From Candidatus Terrybacteria bacterium (GTDB lineage: Bacteria > Patescibacteriota > Minisyncoccia > UBA9983): DNA of 42,007 bases. Shown here piece by piece: positions 7,843 to 16,852 of this stretch. The notes below the pieces were generated by a model. That model saw nothing but the letters and a program-made list of their open reading frames with translations. It did not search any database and had not been told where the DNA came from. Position 1 is the first letter of the stretch. Every line of letters begins with the position of its first letter. Location: assembly GCA_016208535.1 (NCBI GenBank), contig JACQXW010000010.1, forward strand, positions 1 to 42,007. The letters run 5' to 3'. The position numbers and the translations under genes are program-made.

Positions 7843-8160
7843 ATGACAAAAATAAAACCTCTGCATAACAATGTTTTGATTGAGCCGCTTTCCGAAGCGG
7901 AGCGCGGCAGTATGACAAAATCCGGAATTATTATTCCGGAAACAGTGGATAAGGAAAAACCCGATCAAGGCCGGATTATCGAAGTTGGTCCAGGTAAAAG
8001 AAACGAGGCCGGGAAAATTATTCCTTTGTCTGTGAAAAAAGGACAGAGGGTCGTTTTTTCAAAATACAGCCCTGATGAAATCAAGGTCGGAGACCCGTAC
8101 GGGCAAGCTAAAAAATATTATATAATAAGCGAAGATAATATATTGGCAATTATAGAATAA
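7843..8160 (+). CDS. groES: co-chaperonin GroES
   Basis: 105 aa. MTKIKPLHNNVLIEP...GIIIPETVDKEKPDQGRIIEVGPG. Confidence 0.95.
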   Translation: MTKIKPLHNNVLIEPLSEAERGSMTKSGIIIPETVDKEKPDQGRIIEVGPGKRNEAGKIIPLSVKKGQRVVFSKYSPDEIKVGDPYGQAKKYYIISEDNILAIIE

Positions 8161-8161
8161 T

Positions 8162-9802
<1,641 letters not shown>

Positions 9803-9810
9803 AAGAAAAA

Positions 9811-9829
9811 GAGCGCCGTTTAGGCGCTC
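9811..9829. terminator. hairpin GAGCGCC-gttta-GGCGCTC after groEL
   Basis: An A-run lies upstream, which is a T-run on the - strand. There is no T-run downstream on the + strand. Confidence 0.4.
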
Positions 9830-9990
9830 GTCGGCGAAATTTGGAGATTGCAAATATAAATCTCCTTTTTCTTTTTATCAATTGTACAACCACAGAAAGG
9901 ACATGTATTATGTTTTATATCAGAAGGACGGATATATCCCTCTTTTCCTATATTTGGACAATATATCTTAATAGAATGTTCGTTGTCCAT
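9820..9990 (-). CDS. 56-aa Cys-rich small ORF (MDNEHSIKIYCPNIGKEGYIRPSDIKHNTCPFCGCTIDKKKK...)
   Basis: A perfect AAGGAGG (9997-10003) lies 6 nt upstream of the ATG. The Cys spacing CP-x18-CPFCGC is zinc-ribbon-like. The stop lies inside the groEL-distal hairpin. Confidence 0.35.
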   Translation of the reverse strand: MDNEHSIKIYCPNIGKEGYIRPSDIKHNTCPFCGCTIDKKKKEIYICNLQISPTSA

Positions 9991-10040
9991 TTCACACCTC
10001 CTTTCTTCTTTTCTATTCTATATAAATTATATCAAAAGGC

Positions 10041-10079
10041 TTTACTGAAATTCAAATTTTTGCTATGATGTTATCCACA
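10041..10079 (+). promoter_or_regulatory. promoter TTTACT-N17-TATGAT followed immediately by TTATCCACA (10071-10079)
   Basis: tttactgaaattcaaatttttgcTATGATgTTATCCACAattATG. The box would overlap the transcription start. Confidence 0.45.
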
Positions 10080-10640
10080 ATTATGACTACAACATTTTGG
10101 ATTTTATTGAGTATTTTAGGGGTCGTTGTTTTGTGGTTTATTGCCATTTATAACGGCTTTATCCGGCTCATCACCCGGGCCAAAGAGGCTTGGGCGGATA
10201 TTGATGTCCAGTTAAAGAGGCGATATGACCTGATTCCCAATCTAATGGAAACAGTGAAGGGTTACGCGGCTCATGAAAAAGGCATTCTTGAAAGAGTGAC
10301 TCAGTTAAGGGTTCAGGCAATGGCAGCGCAGGGGGTTGAAAAACGAGGGGAGATAGAAAATATACTCACCGCCAGCCTGAAGACCCTTTTTGCTGTTTCA
10401 GAAAATTATCCGCAACTGAAGGCGAATGAAAATTTTTTGGAACTTCAGCGCGAACTTTCAGACACAGAAAACAAGATTCAGGCGGCGCGCCGGTTTTACA
10501 ACACCAATGTCCGCGACCTCAATATCAAAACAGACTCTTTCCCCTCTAATCTCATCGCCAAAATTTTCAATTTCTCTAAAATGGAATTTTTTGAACTAGA
10601 GGAAGAGGCTGCTAAGGAACCAGTTAAAGTAAATTTCTAA
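10065..10640 (+). CDS. lemA: LemA family membrane protein
   Basis: 191 aa with one N-terminal TM. ...AIYNGFIRL...AWADIDVQLKRRYDLIPNL...ENYPQLKANENF...RRFYN is typical LemA. The alternative in-frame start at 10083 is more consistent with the promoter. Confidence 0.85.
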   Translation: MMLSTIMTTTFWILLSILGVVVLWFIAIYNGFIRLITRAKEAWADIDVQLKRRYDLIPNLMETVKGYAAHEKGILERVTQLRVQAMAAQGVEKRGEIENILTASLKTLFAVSENYPQLKANENFLELQRELSDTENKIQAARRFYNTNVRDLNIKTDSFPSNLIAKIFNFSKMEFFELEEEAAKEPVKVNF

Positions 10641-10655
10641 TTTCTAATTTCTAAA

Positions 10656-11543
10656 ATGACACTTTATTCTCAGCAGGATAAAAATATCAGGAAGACATGG
10701 CTTTTAATGTGCTTGTTTTTCATCGGTGTCATTGCTGTTGGCTTTGTTTTTTCGCAAATTTACAGAAGCCCGGGGATTTTGTATTTCGCTGTTATTTTCA
10801 GTTTGCTGATGAATTTTTTCTCTTATTGGTATTCTGACAAAATTATTCTAAAGATGTCCGGCGCCAAACTTGCCGACCACGACAACCATCGCGAACTTTT
10901 TCATCTTGTGGAAAATCTTTGCATCACCGCCGGTTTGCCGATGCCGAAAATTTACATCATCAATGATCCGGCGCCCAATGCCTTTGCCACTGGCAGAAAC
11001 AAGGAGCATGCAGTGGTGGCTGTGACAACTGGTCTACTTGAGCGTCTTAATAAAGCGGAACTTGAGGGAGTTGTAGCCCACGAACTTTCTCATATCGGCA
11101 ACCGCGATATTCTCATCTCCACTATTGTGGTTGTGTTAGTCGGCTTTATCGCTCTGCTTTCCGATTTCTTTTTAAGGTTTAGTTTTTTTGGTGGAAGGCG
11201 TGATGATAGGAGTGACGGCCGGCTACAGGCGATTTTAATGATAGTCGGCATTGCCTTGGCGATTCTGGCGCCCATTGCCGCTATTCTGATTCAACTGGCT
11301 GTTTCGCGCAAAAGAGAATTTTTGGCAGACGCCTCTGCTAGCCTTTTGACAAGATATCCAGAGGGTCTGGCCCTGGCTTTGGAAAAGATTTCCCAATACA
11401 AACAGCCGATGAAAATGGCAAACAAGGCAACGGCGCATTTGTATATTTCCAACCCCTTTGGCGCCAAAAGAATAAGCAGGTTGTTTATGACCCATCCGCT
11501 GGTAGAAGAGAGGGTTAAGGCGCTGCGGGGTATGGAGATTTAA
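10656..11543 (+). CDS. htpX: M48-family zinc metalloprotease HtpX
   Basis: 295 aa with TM segments, the HELSHIGNRD zinc motif and the distal ...REFLAD... motif. Confidence 0.9.
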   Translation: MTLYSQQDKNIRKTWLLMCLFFIGVIAVGFVFSQIYRSPGILYFAVIFSLLMNFFSYWYSDKIILKMSGAKLADHDNHRELFHLVENLCITAGLPMPKIYIINDPAPNAFATGRNKEHAVVAVTTGLLERLNKAELEGVVAHELSHIGNRDILISTIVVVLVGFIALLSDFFLRFSFFGGRRDDRSDGRLQAILMIVGIALAILAPIAAILIQLAVSRKREFLADASASLLTRYPEGLALALEKISQYKQPMKMANKATAHLYISNPFGAKRISRLFMTHPLVEERVKALRGMEI

Positions 11544-11547
11544 TTTA

Positions 11548-12171
11548 ATGATTGAAAAATTAAAAAAAGAAATTAGCCGGCTGAAAAAAGAAATCGGCCA
11601 ACTCCACGGCATGATAGAAACCGATTCTCTCACCGGCCTTTATAATCGTCACGGGTTCATAAAAAGAGCGGAAGGGTTTTTAAAGTCCATTGAATGGGGA
11701 GAGAAGCATCATAAGGAGCGCCGCGACATTTTTTATATCAAAGATTTTACAATCGTTTTTATTGACCTTGATAATTTTAAATTCATAAACGACACATTCG
11801 GCCATAAGGCAGGCGATGTTGTGATAAAGGAAATAGCCGATGTTTTAAAAATAAACACAAAAGAGGTCGATGTTTTATGTCGATGGGGAGGCGATGAGTT
11901 TGTTTTGGGACTGGTGGGAGTGGGCGAGCGCACAGGCGCGGCCATAGCCGAGAGGCTGCGCAGAAAAATTGCCGGCCATAAGTTTGCCACAGGAAAAGGT
12001 ATTGCCAGAGCAACTGCCAGTTTTGGCGTTGCCAGCGCCTTGCAGTGCTACAAACAAACGAAATCAATCAATCTATACCGCTTGATTGAGGAGGCGGATG
12101 AGGCAATGTATGAGGTCAAAAAGAAACTTGGAAAAAACTTTGTGGCGTCGTATCATAAGGTAAAGAGATAA
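11548..12171 (+). CDS. GGDEF-domain diguanylate cyclase-like protein with N-terminal coiled coil
   Basis: 207 aa. DSLTGLYNRHGF...FIDLDNFKFINDTFGHKAGD...RWGGDEFVL. Confidence 0.8.
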   Translation: MIEKLKKEISRLKKEIGQLHGMIETDSLTGLYNRHGFIKRAEGFLKSIEWGEKHHKERRDIFYIKDFTIVFIDLDNFKFINDTFGHKAGDVVIKEIADVLKINTKEVDVLCRWGGDEFVLGLVGVGERTGAAIAERLRRKIAGHKFATGKGIARATASFGVASALQCYKQTKSINLYRLIEEADEAMYEVKKKLGKNFVASYHKVKR

Positions 12172-12175
12172 TAAT

Positions 12176-12397
12176 ATGGAAAACATAGAGCCAATTAGAG
12201 AAATAACACCAAAGGGGAAAATTGAAAGAAAATCTGAGGATGAAAAATTCGGATGGACTGATGAAGAAATCAAAGAGGTTCTTGAGGCTAGCCCTTTTTA
12301 CAAGGATTTAAGCCTAAAAGCAATAGAGGATCTTGTTAAGCGGATTCAAACGATGGTTAAAGAGTCTGAGGAAAGAGAATTTAAAAAAGCGGCTTAA
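12176..12397 (+). CDS. hypothetical protein
   Basis: 73-aa acidic ORF directly after the GGDEF gene. No motif recognised. Confidence 0.4.
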   Translation: MENIEPIREITPKGKIERKSEDEKFGWTDEEIKEVLEASPFYKDLSLKAIEDLVKRIQTMVKESEEREFKKAA

Positions 12398-12405
12398 AAA
12401 TTTTT

Positions 12406-12490
12406 GGAAAGGTGCGTGAGTGGTTTAAACGGCAGTCCTGGAAAGACTGTGTGCCGAAAGGCACCGCGAGTTCGAATCTCGCCCTTTCCG
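12406..12490 (+). tRNA. tRNA-Ser (anticodon GGA), long variable arm
   Basis: Acceptor GGAAAGG/CCTTTCC, anticodon stem CAGTC/GACTG with loop CTGGAAA, variable arm TGTGCCGAAAGGCAC, T-arm GCGAG-TTCGAAT-CTCGC. Confidence 0.85.
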
Positions 12491-12505
12491 TTTGAGTTTT
12501 TTAGT

Positions 12506-12739
12506 ATGGATATTTCAGTAGAAACAAAAAAAGATCTATATAGTCGCGCTGGTGGAAAATGTGAATGTAATATGAGTGTATGTAATCATCATCGCGCTGG
12601 CAACAGATGTCCCAACCCCTTGATTCCAGAGCATTGGGATGCGCATCGCCGAAACGCACATGGTCCAGATACACTAGAAAATCTTATAGCCATGTGTGCG
12701 ACATGCTACAAAAATACGCGGATATATGGCAGGTTATAG
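12506..12739 (+). CDS. small HNH-type endonuclease
   Basis: 77 aa starting at MDISVETKK.... Cys/His pattern GGKCEC...CNHH...HWDAHRRNAHGPDTLENLIAMCATCY. The ORF-track start at 12404 runs through the tRNA and is rejected. Confidence 0.6.
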   Translation: MDISVETKKDLYSRAGGKCECNMSVCNHHRAGNRCPNPLIPEHWDAHRRNAHGPDTLENLIAMCATCYKNTRIYGRL

Positions 12740-12803
12740 ATTATTTCGAAAACGCGACTTACAAAATTAGGATGTGCACCACCGAGTGGTGCACAAATAT
12801 GCA

Positions 12804-12831
12804 TTGTAAATTTTATCTCTGGGTTTATAAT
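12804..12831 (+). promoter_or_regulatory. promoter TTGTAA-N16-TATAAT, 7 nt before the ATG
   Basis: TTGTAAattttatctctgggttTATAATaaactcaATG. Confidence 0.55.
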
Positions 12832-12838
12832 AAACTCA

Positions 12839-13231
12839 ATGAATGGCGCGGAAAAAATTGAATCTGCGGAGCAGGAGATTGAGGCCTTGAAAAAAAGGAT
12901 TACTGAATTAGAGGCGGCCTCGGTTGGCAAAGAAAGGCCAGAGATTATCAGAGAGGCGATAAAAGAGCATGCAGAGAAAATTCCCAAGGAGATTCTAGGA
13001 GAACCTCACAGGCTTTTGCCCGAGGAAATTAAGGCGCAGGCCGAGCGCATCTCCGGGTTAAAAACTGCTGAGGAGCCTCACCAGCGTCAAGTGGCGGAAC
13101 TTTTGCAGTTTGCCCAAGATAAAGGCATTCTCAATGCCGTTTCCATTATCAAAGAAATTAACGATCCTCATCTTGAGGATGATTTTCACGACGCCCTAGC
13201 GCAATTTTTCCAAGGCATAAAAAATGTTTGA
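12839..13231 (+). CDS. hypothetical coiled-coil protein
   Basis: 130-aa ORF whose stop overlaps the start of the downstream ATPase by 8 nt. Confidence 0.5.
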   Translation: MNGAEKIESAEQEIEALKKRITELEAASVGKERPEIIREAIKEHAEKIPKEILGEPHRLLPEEIKAQAERISGLKTAEEPHQRQVAELLQFAQDKGILNAVSIIKEINDPHLEDDFHDALAQFFQGIKNV

Positions 13232-15614
13232 TTATTTTTATATTTTTTTGATAATTAGCGTTCTCGTCATTGCCGGGATTTTTGGCCTGTTTTTTTACAT
13301 CAGCCGTCAGAGAAAAAATCGGATTCTCCGCAGTCTCAATTTTGTTCTTTATGAAATAACCTTGCCTCAAGAAAAGCCGAAAGAGGGAGAGAAAAATTTC
13401 AAGGAACTGATTGCGCCAATGGAGCAGTTTTACAGCGGAATGTTCAGTATCGGATCCTATTTTATTCTAGAGATTGGTTTGCCGGCAATGGGCAAGGAGA
13501 TTGTTTTTTACGCGGCAGTAGAAAGGAGCCGGAGTTTGCTTTTTGAAAAACAGATCCAGGGCCTTTTTCCTCATGCCAGTTTGAAAATCAAAAAAGAGGA
13601 CTATAACATCTTCAGGCCCCAGGGTTTTTCCCTTGGCTCCTTTGCAAAACTAAAGAGAGAGGAGATTTTGCCGATTAAGACCTATGATAAATTTGAATCC
13701 GACCCCCTGCAGGTAATCATCAACACTTTTTCCAAACTTCAGGCTCAGGGCGAGGGCGCGGCTTTGCAGGTTGTGGTTTGTCCGGCAAATGAAAGCGTTA
13801 TCAAAAAATCAAAAACAGTTAGCGCTGAGGCGCGCAAGGGCAAATCTCTGTCAAAGATATTGTATGATTACGAGCATGTGGGCAAGGGAGTGATGAGGGA
13901 ATTCTGGAATTTAATCTTTGGCTATTCTGAACCAAAAAAAGAGGAGCAAAAGCCGATTGACGAAGAATTGGTAAAACTTCTGGAGGCAAAGGCCTCAGCC
14001 ATGATGGCGCAAGTCAACCTCCGGCTCCTGGCCTCTTCAGAAAATAAAGAAAAAACAGAATCTATTTTGACAGAATTGGAAAGCGCCTTTTCTCAATTTG
14101 AAGAGGCCCAGGGAAATGGCTTTAAATTTATAAAGCCCAAGGCTAAAAAATTAAAAGAACTTTTTTATAATTTCTCTTTTAGAATTCCGGACGCTAAAAA
14201 TACCATTGTTTTGAATACCGCTGAGCTGGCCTCTGTTTTTCATTTTCCTCTTGGTGTTGCTGCCGGTGCCGCGCCTCAGTTGAAATATGTCAAGACAAAA
14301 GAGGCGCCTCCGCCTTTGAATCTAGCGCTAAGAGGTCTTTTACTTGGACAAAATGTTTATCGCGGCGAGGATTCCAAAGTTTATATGACAGAAAGCGACC
14401 GCAGGCGGCATTTTTACATCATTGGCCAGACCGGCACCGGCAAATCCGTGCTTTTGAAAAATATGATTGTTCAGGATATTGAGGCAGGCAAGGGAGTTTG
14501 TTTTATTGACCCCCATGGCTCTGACTTGCAGGAAATTTTATCCCGCATTCCGGCCTCGCGGGCTGACGATGTGATTTATTTCAATCCCGCGGACACGGCC
14601 AGACCCATGGGTTTGAATATGCTGGAATACGATGTCAGATATCCGGAGCAAAAAACTTTTATCGTCAACGAACTGCTTGGCATCTTTAACAAACTTTTTG
14701 ATATGAAGACAGCTGGCGGGCCGATGTTTGAGCAGTATTTCAGGAACTCCACCTTATTGGTGATGGAAGATCCAGAATCAGGCAACACTCTTTTTGAAGT
14801 GGCTAGAGTTTTGGCTGACAAGCCGTTTCGCGAACATAAACTTTCCCGCTGCAATAATCCTATTGTGAAATCTTTCTGGAAGGAGGTGGCTGAGAAGGCA
14901 GGGGGGGAGGCGTCGCTGCAGAATATGGTTCCCTATATCACCAGCAAGTTTGATAATTTCTTGGCCAATGACATTATGCGGTTGGTCATCAGCCAAGAAA
15001 AATCATCTTTCAATTTCCGGCAGGTGATGGACGAGGGCAAGATTCTTCTAGTTAATCTTTCCAAGGGCAGGCTGGGGGACTTGAATGCCAATCTCTTGGG
15101 TTTGATTATTGTGGGCAAACTTTTGATGGCCTCGCTTTCGCGCGTGGATGTAGCAGAGGAGCAGAGAAAAGATTTTTATCTTTATATTGACGAATTCCAG
15201 AACGTGACCACTGATTCCATTGCCACCATTCTTTCAGAGGCGAGAAAGTATAAGCTTGATTTAACTATAGCTCACCAGTTCATCGGCCAGTTGGCTGAGG
15301 AAATCAAAAAGGCGGTTTTCGGCAATGTGGGCTCAATGGCGGCTTTTCGAGTTGGCGCAGAGGACGCTGAATTTTTGGAAAAGCAATTTGAGCCGGTTTT
15401 TAACGCCTATGATTTAATAAATATTGATAATTACAACGCCTATTTGAAGATTTTGATTGATGGTCAGGTTTCCCGGCCTTTCAGTATCCAGACTTTGCCT
15501 TTCCAGAAAGGTGATTTATCTGTTGCCGAAAAAATCACTGAACTTTCCTCTCTTAAATACGGCCGCCCGCGGGAACAAGTGGAGGCAGAGATAAAGAAGC
15601 GATATGAGAAGTAA
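13224..15614 (+). CDS. membrane-anchored P-loop ATPase, TraD/VirD4/TraG-like (type IV coupling-protein superfamily)
   Basis: 796 aa with an N-terminal TM. Walker A is HFYIIGQTGTGKSVL, followed by ...CFIDPHGS.... The Walker B-like motif is FYLYIDEFQNV, followed by ...LTIAHQFIGQL.... Confidence 0.7.
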   Translation: MFDYFYIFLIISVLVIAGIFGLFFYISRQRKNRILRSLNFVLYEITLPQEKPKEGEKNFKELIAPMEQFYSGMFSIGSYFILEIGLPAMGKEIVFYAAVERSRSLLFEKQIQGLFPHASLKIKKEDYNIFRPQGFSLGSFAKLKREEILPIKTYDKFESDPLQVIINTFSKLQAQGEGAALQVVVCPANESVIKKSKTVSAEARKGKSLSKILYDYEHVGKGVMREFWNLIFGYSEPKKEEQKPIDEELVKLLEAKASAMMAQVNLRLLASSENKEKTESILTELESAFSQFEEAQGNGFKFIKPKAKKLKELFYNFSFRIPDAKNTIVLNTAELASVFHFPLGVAAGAAPQLKYVKTKEAPPPLNLALRGLLLGQNVYRGEDSKVYMTESDRRRHFYIIGQTGTGKSVLLKNMIVQDIEAGKGVCFIDPHGSDLQEILSRIPASRADDVIYFNPADTARPMGLNMLEYDVRYPEQKTFIVNELLGIFNKLFDMKTAGGPMFEQYFRNSTLLVMEDPESGNTLFEVARVLADKPFREHKLSRCNNPIVKSFWKEVAEKAGGEASLQNMVPYITSKFDNFLANDIMRLVISQEKSSFNFRQVMDEGKILLVNLSKGRLGDLNANLLGLIIVGKLLMASLSRVDVAEEQRKDFYLYIDEFQNVTTDSIATILSEARKYKLDLTIAHQFIGQLAEEIKKAVFGNVGSMAAFRVGAEDAEFLEKQFEPVFNAYDLINIDNYNAYLKILIDGQVSRPFSIQTLPFQKGDLSVAEKITELSSLKYGRPREQVEAEIKKRYEK

Positions 15615-15731
15615 AAATCATTGATTTTTTGTTTTTCTTTATGATAATATAAAAATATGCTTACAGAATTTTTAAACATAAAGATTGGGACAATGCTTAA
15701 ATACGACCGACCCGCTCTCTCGAAAAATAGC

Positions 15732-15757
15732 AAAAACGCCCCCCTAGGCGTTTTTTT
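15732..15757 (+). terminator. intrinsic terminator
   Basis: AAAAACGCC-cccta-GGCGTTTTTTT. Confidence 0.6.
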
Positions 15758-15951
15758 ATTCACATCTTTTCCTTGATTTTCTTTTTAAAAATGGTTTACA
15801 TATTTTGCGATCGCAAAAAACGTGAACCATTTTTGTTTTAATGGATTAATGGATTAATCCAAGAAGAGACCTTAGAAGTTTCGTGTTCTTGACAAAAAAA
15901 GAATCTTTGGTTCTTTAAAATAAATAAAAAATATGAATAAGGAGGAGAACA

Positions 15952-16737
15952 TTGAAAGTAATAATATTGGTTTTATTTGCAGTTGCATTGCCTTTTACGG
16001 CTTTAGCATCTGAAACTGATTTTTATTTTCAGGTTCAAAGTCTTGACTGGAGAGAATATGACCTTAACGACAAGCAGCTTGTAAAAGAATCAGGACCCAT
16101 TTTTGGCATGGGATACACAGGTAAATACTATATCCCCAAGCCTTTGGTTTTAAAGCCAAGGATTGAACTTTTTGGGGGTGTGGTAGATTACGATGGCCAG
16201 ACCTGGGGTGGCGATCCTGTATCAGCTGAAACAGGGTTTCTAGGGGTTAAATTGGAAGCAGATTTAGGTTTAAATTTTCCAATAACTCTTGATTTTCCAT
16301 TGGAAAACAAAAGGTTTTCAATAGAACCTTTTGCAGGCCTGGGTAATAGACAATGGACAAGACACACCGGCTATTTTGAGGACTGGAACATTTTTTATAG
16401 TCGTTTTGGGCTCCGTGTTGTAATGGTGGAGGAGAGCGATAAAAATGAATTTTTTGCCGAGGGAGCGTTAAAACTCCCGATTTCCAACAAAATGACGGCA
16501 GACCTGACTGATTTGGGATTTAGTAAGATCACGCTCAGGCCCGGTAAGAAACCATCTTTTTACATTGAAGGAGGGATTAGGCTCAGTAAATTCAAAATAA
16601 GCCTATTTTACGAGGGTTTAAGATTTCTAAAGGCTCCTGATGTGGATTTGGGGACTAGGGACGGGCAGCAGTGGTTTTGTTATCAACCAGAATCAAAAGC
16701 GGATATCTACGGATTAAACCTTGGATATTCGTTTTAA
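15952..16737 (+). CDS. signal-peptide protein with outer-membrane beta-barrel-like features
   Basis: 261 aa with a TTG start 6 nt after AAGGAGG (15939-15945). Signal MKVIILVLFAVALPFTALA|SE. Alternating hydrophobic strands (FGMGYTGKYYI, IELFGGVVDY, GFLGVKLEADLGLNF, ISLFYEGLRF) and a C-terminus ...YGLNLGYSF ending in Phe. Confidence 0.55.
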   Translation: MKVIILVLFAVALPFTALASETDFYFQVQSLDWREYDLNDKQLVKESGPIFGMGYTGKYYIPKPLVLKPRIELFGGVVDYDGQTWGGDPVSAETGFLGVKLEADLGLNFPITLDFPLENKRFSIEPFAGLGNRQWTRHTGYFEDWNIFYSRFGLRVVMVEESDKNEFFAEGALKLPISNKMTADLTDLGFSKITLRPGKKPSFYIEGGIRLSKFKISLFYEGLRFLKAPDVDLGTRDGQQWFCYQPESKADIYGLNLGYSF

Positions 16738-16765
16738 AGAGGAGGATATATTCCTCCTCTTTTTA
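16738..16765 (+). terminator. intrinsic terminator
   Basis: AGAGGAGGA-tatat-TCCTCCTCT followed by TTTTT. Confidence 0.7.
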
Positions 16766-16792
16766 TTTTAGAAAAAATATTTTAAAAAAAAA

Positions 16793-16841
16793 TTATCCAC
16801 AAAAAAATTTGCTTTGCAAAATTTTTTTCATGGGGTATGAT
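16793..16841 (+). promoter_or_regulatory. TTATCCACA (16793-16801) followed by the nrdD promoter TTTGCA-N17-TATGAT
   Basis: TTATCCACAaaaaaatttgcTTTGCAaaatttttttcatggggTATGATaaaagtatcttATG. Confidence 0.5.
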
Positions 16842-16852
16842 AAAAGTATCTT

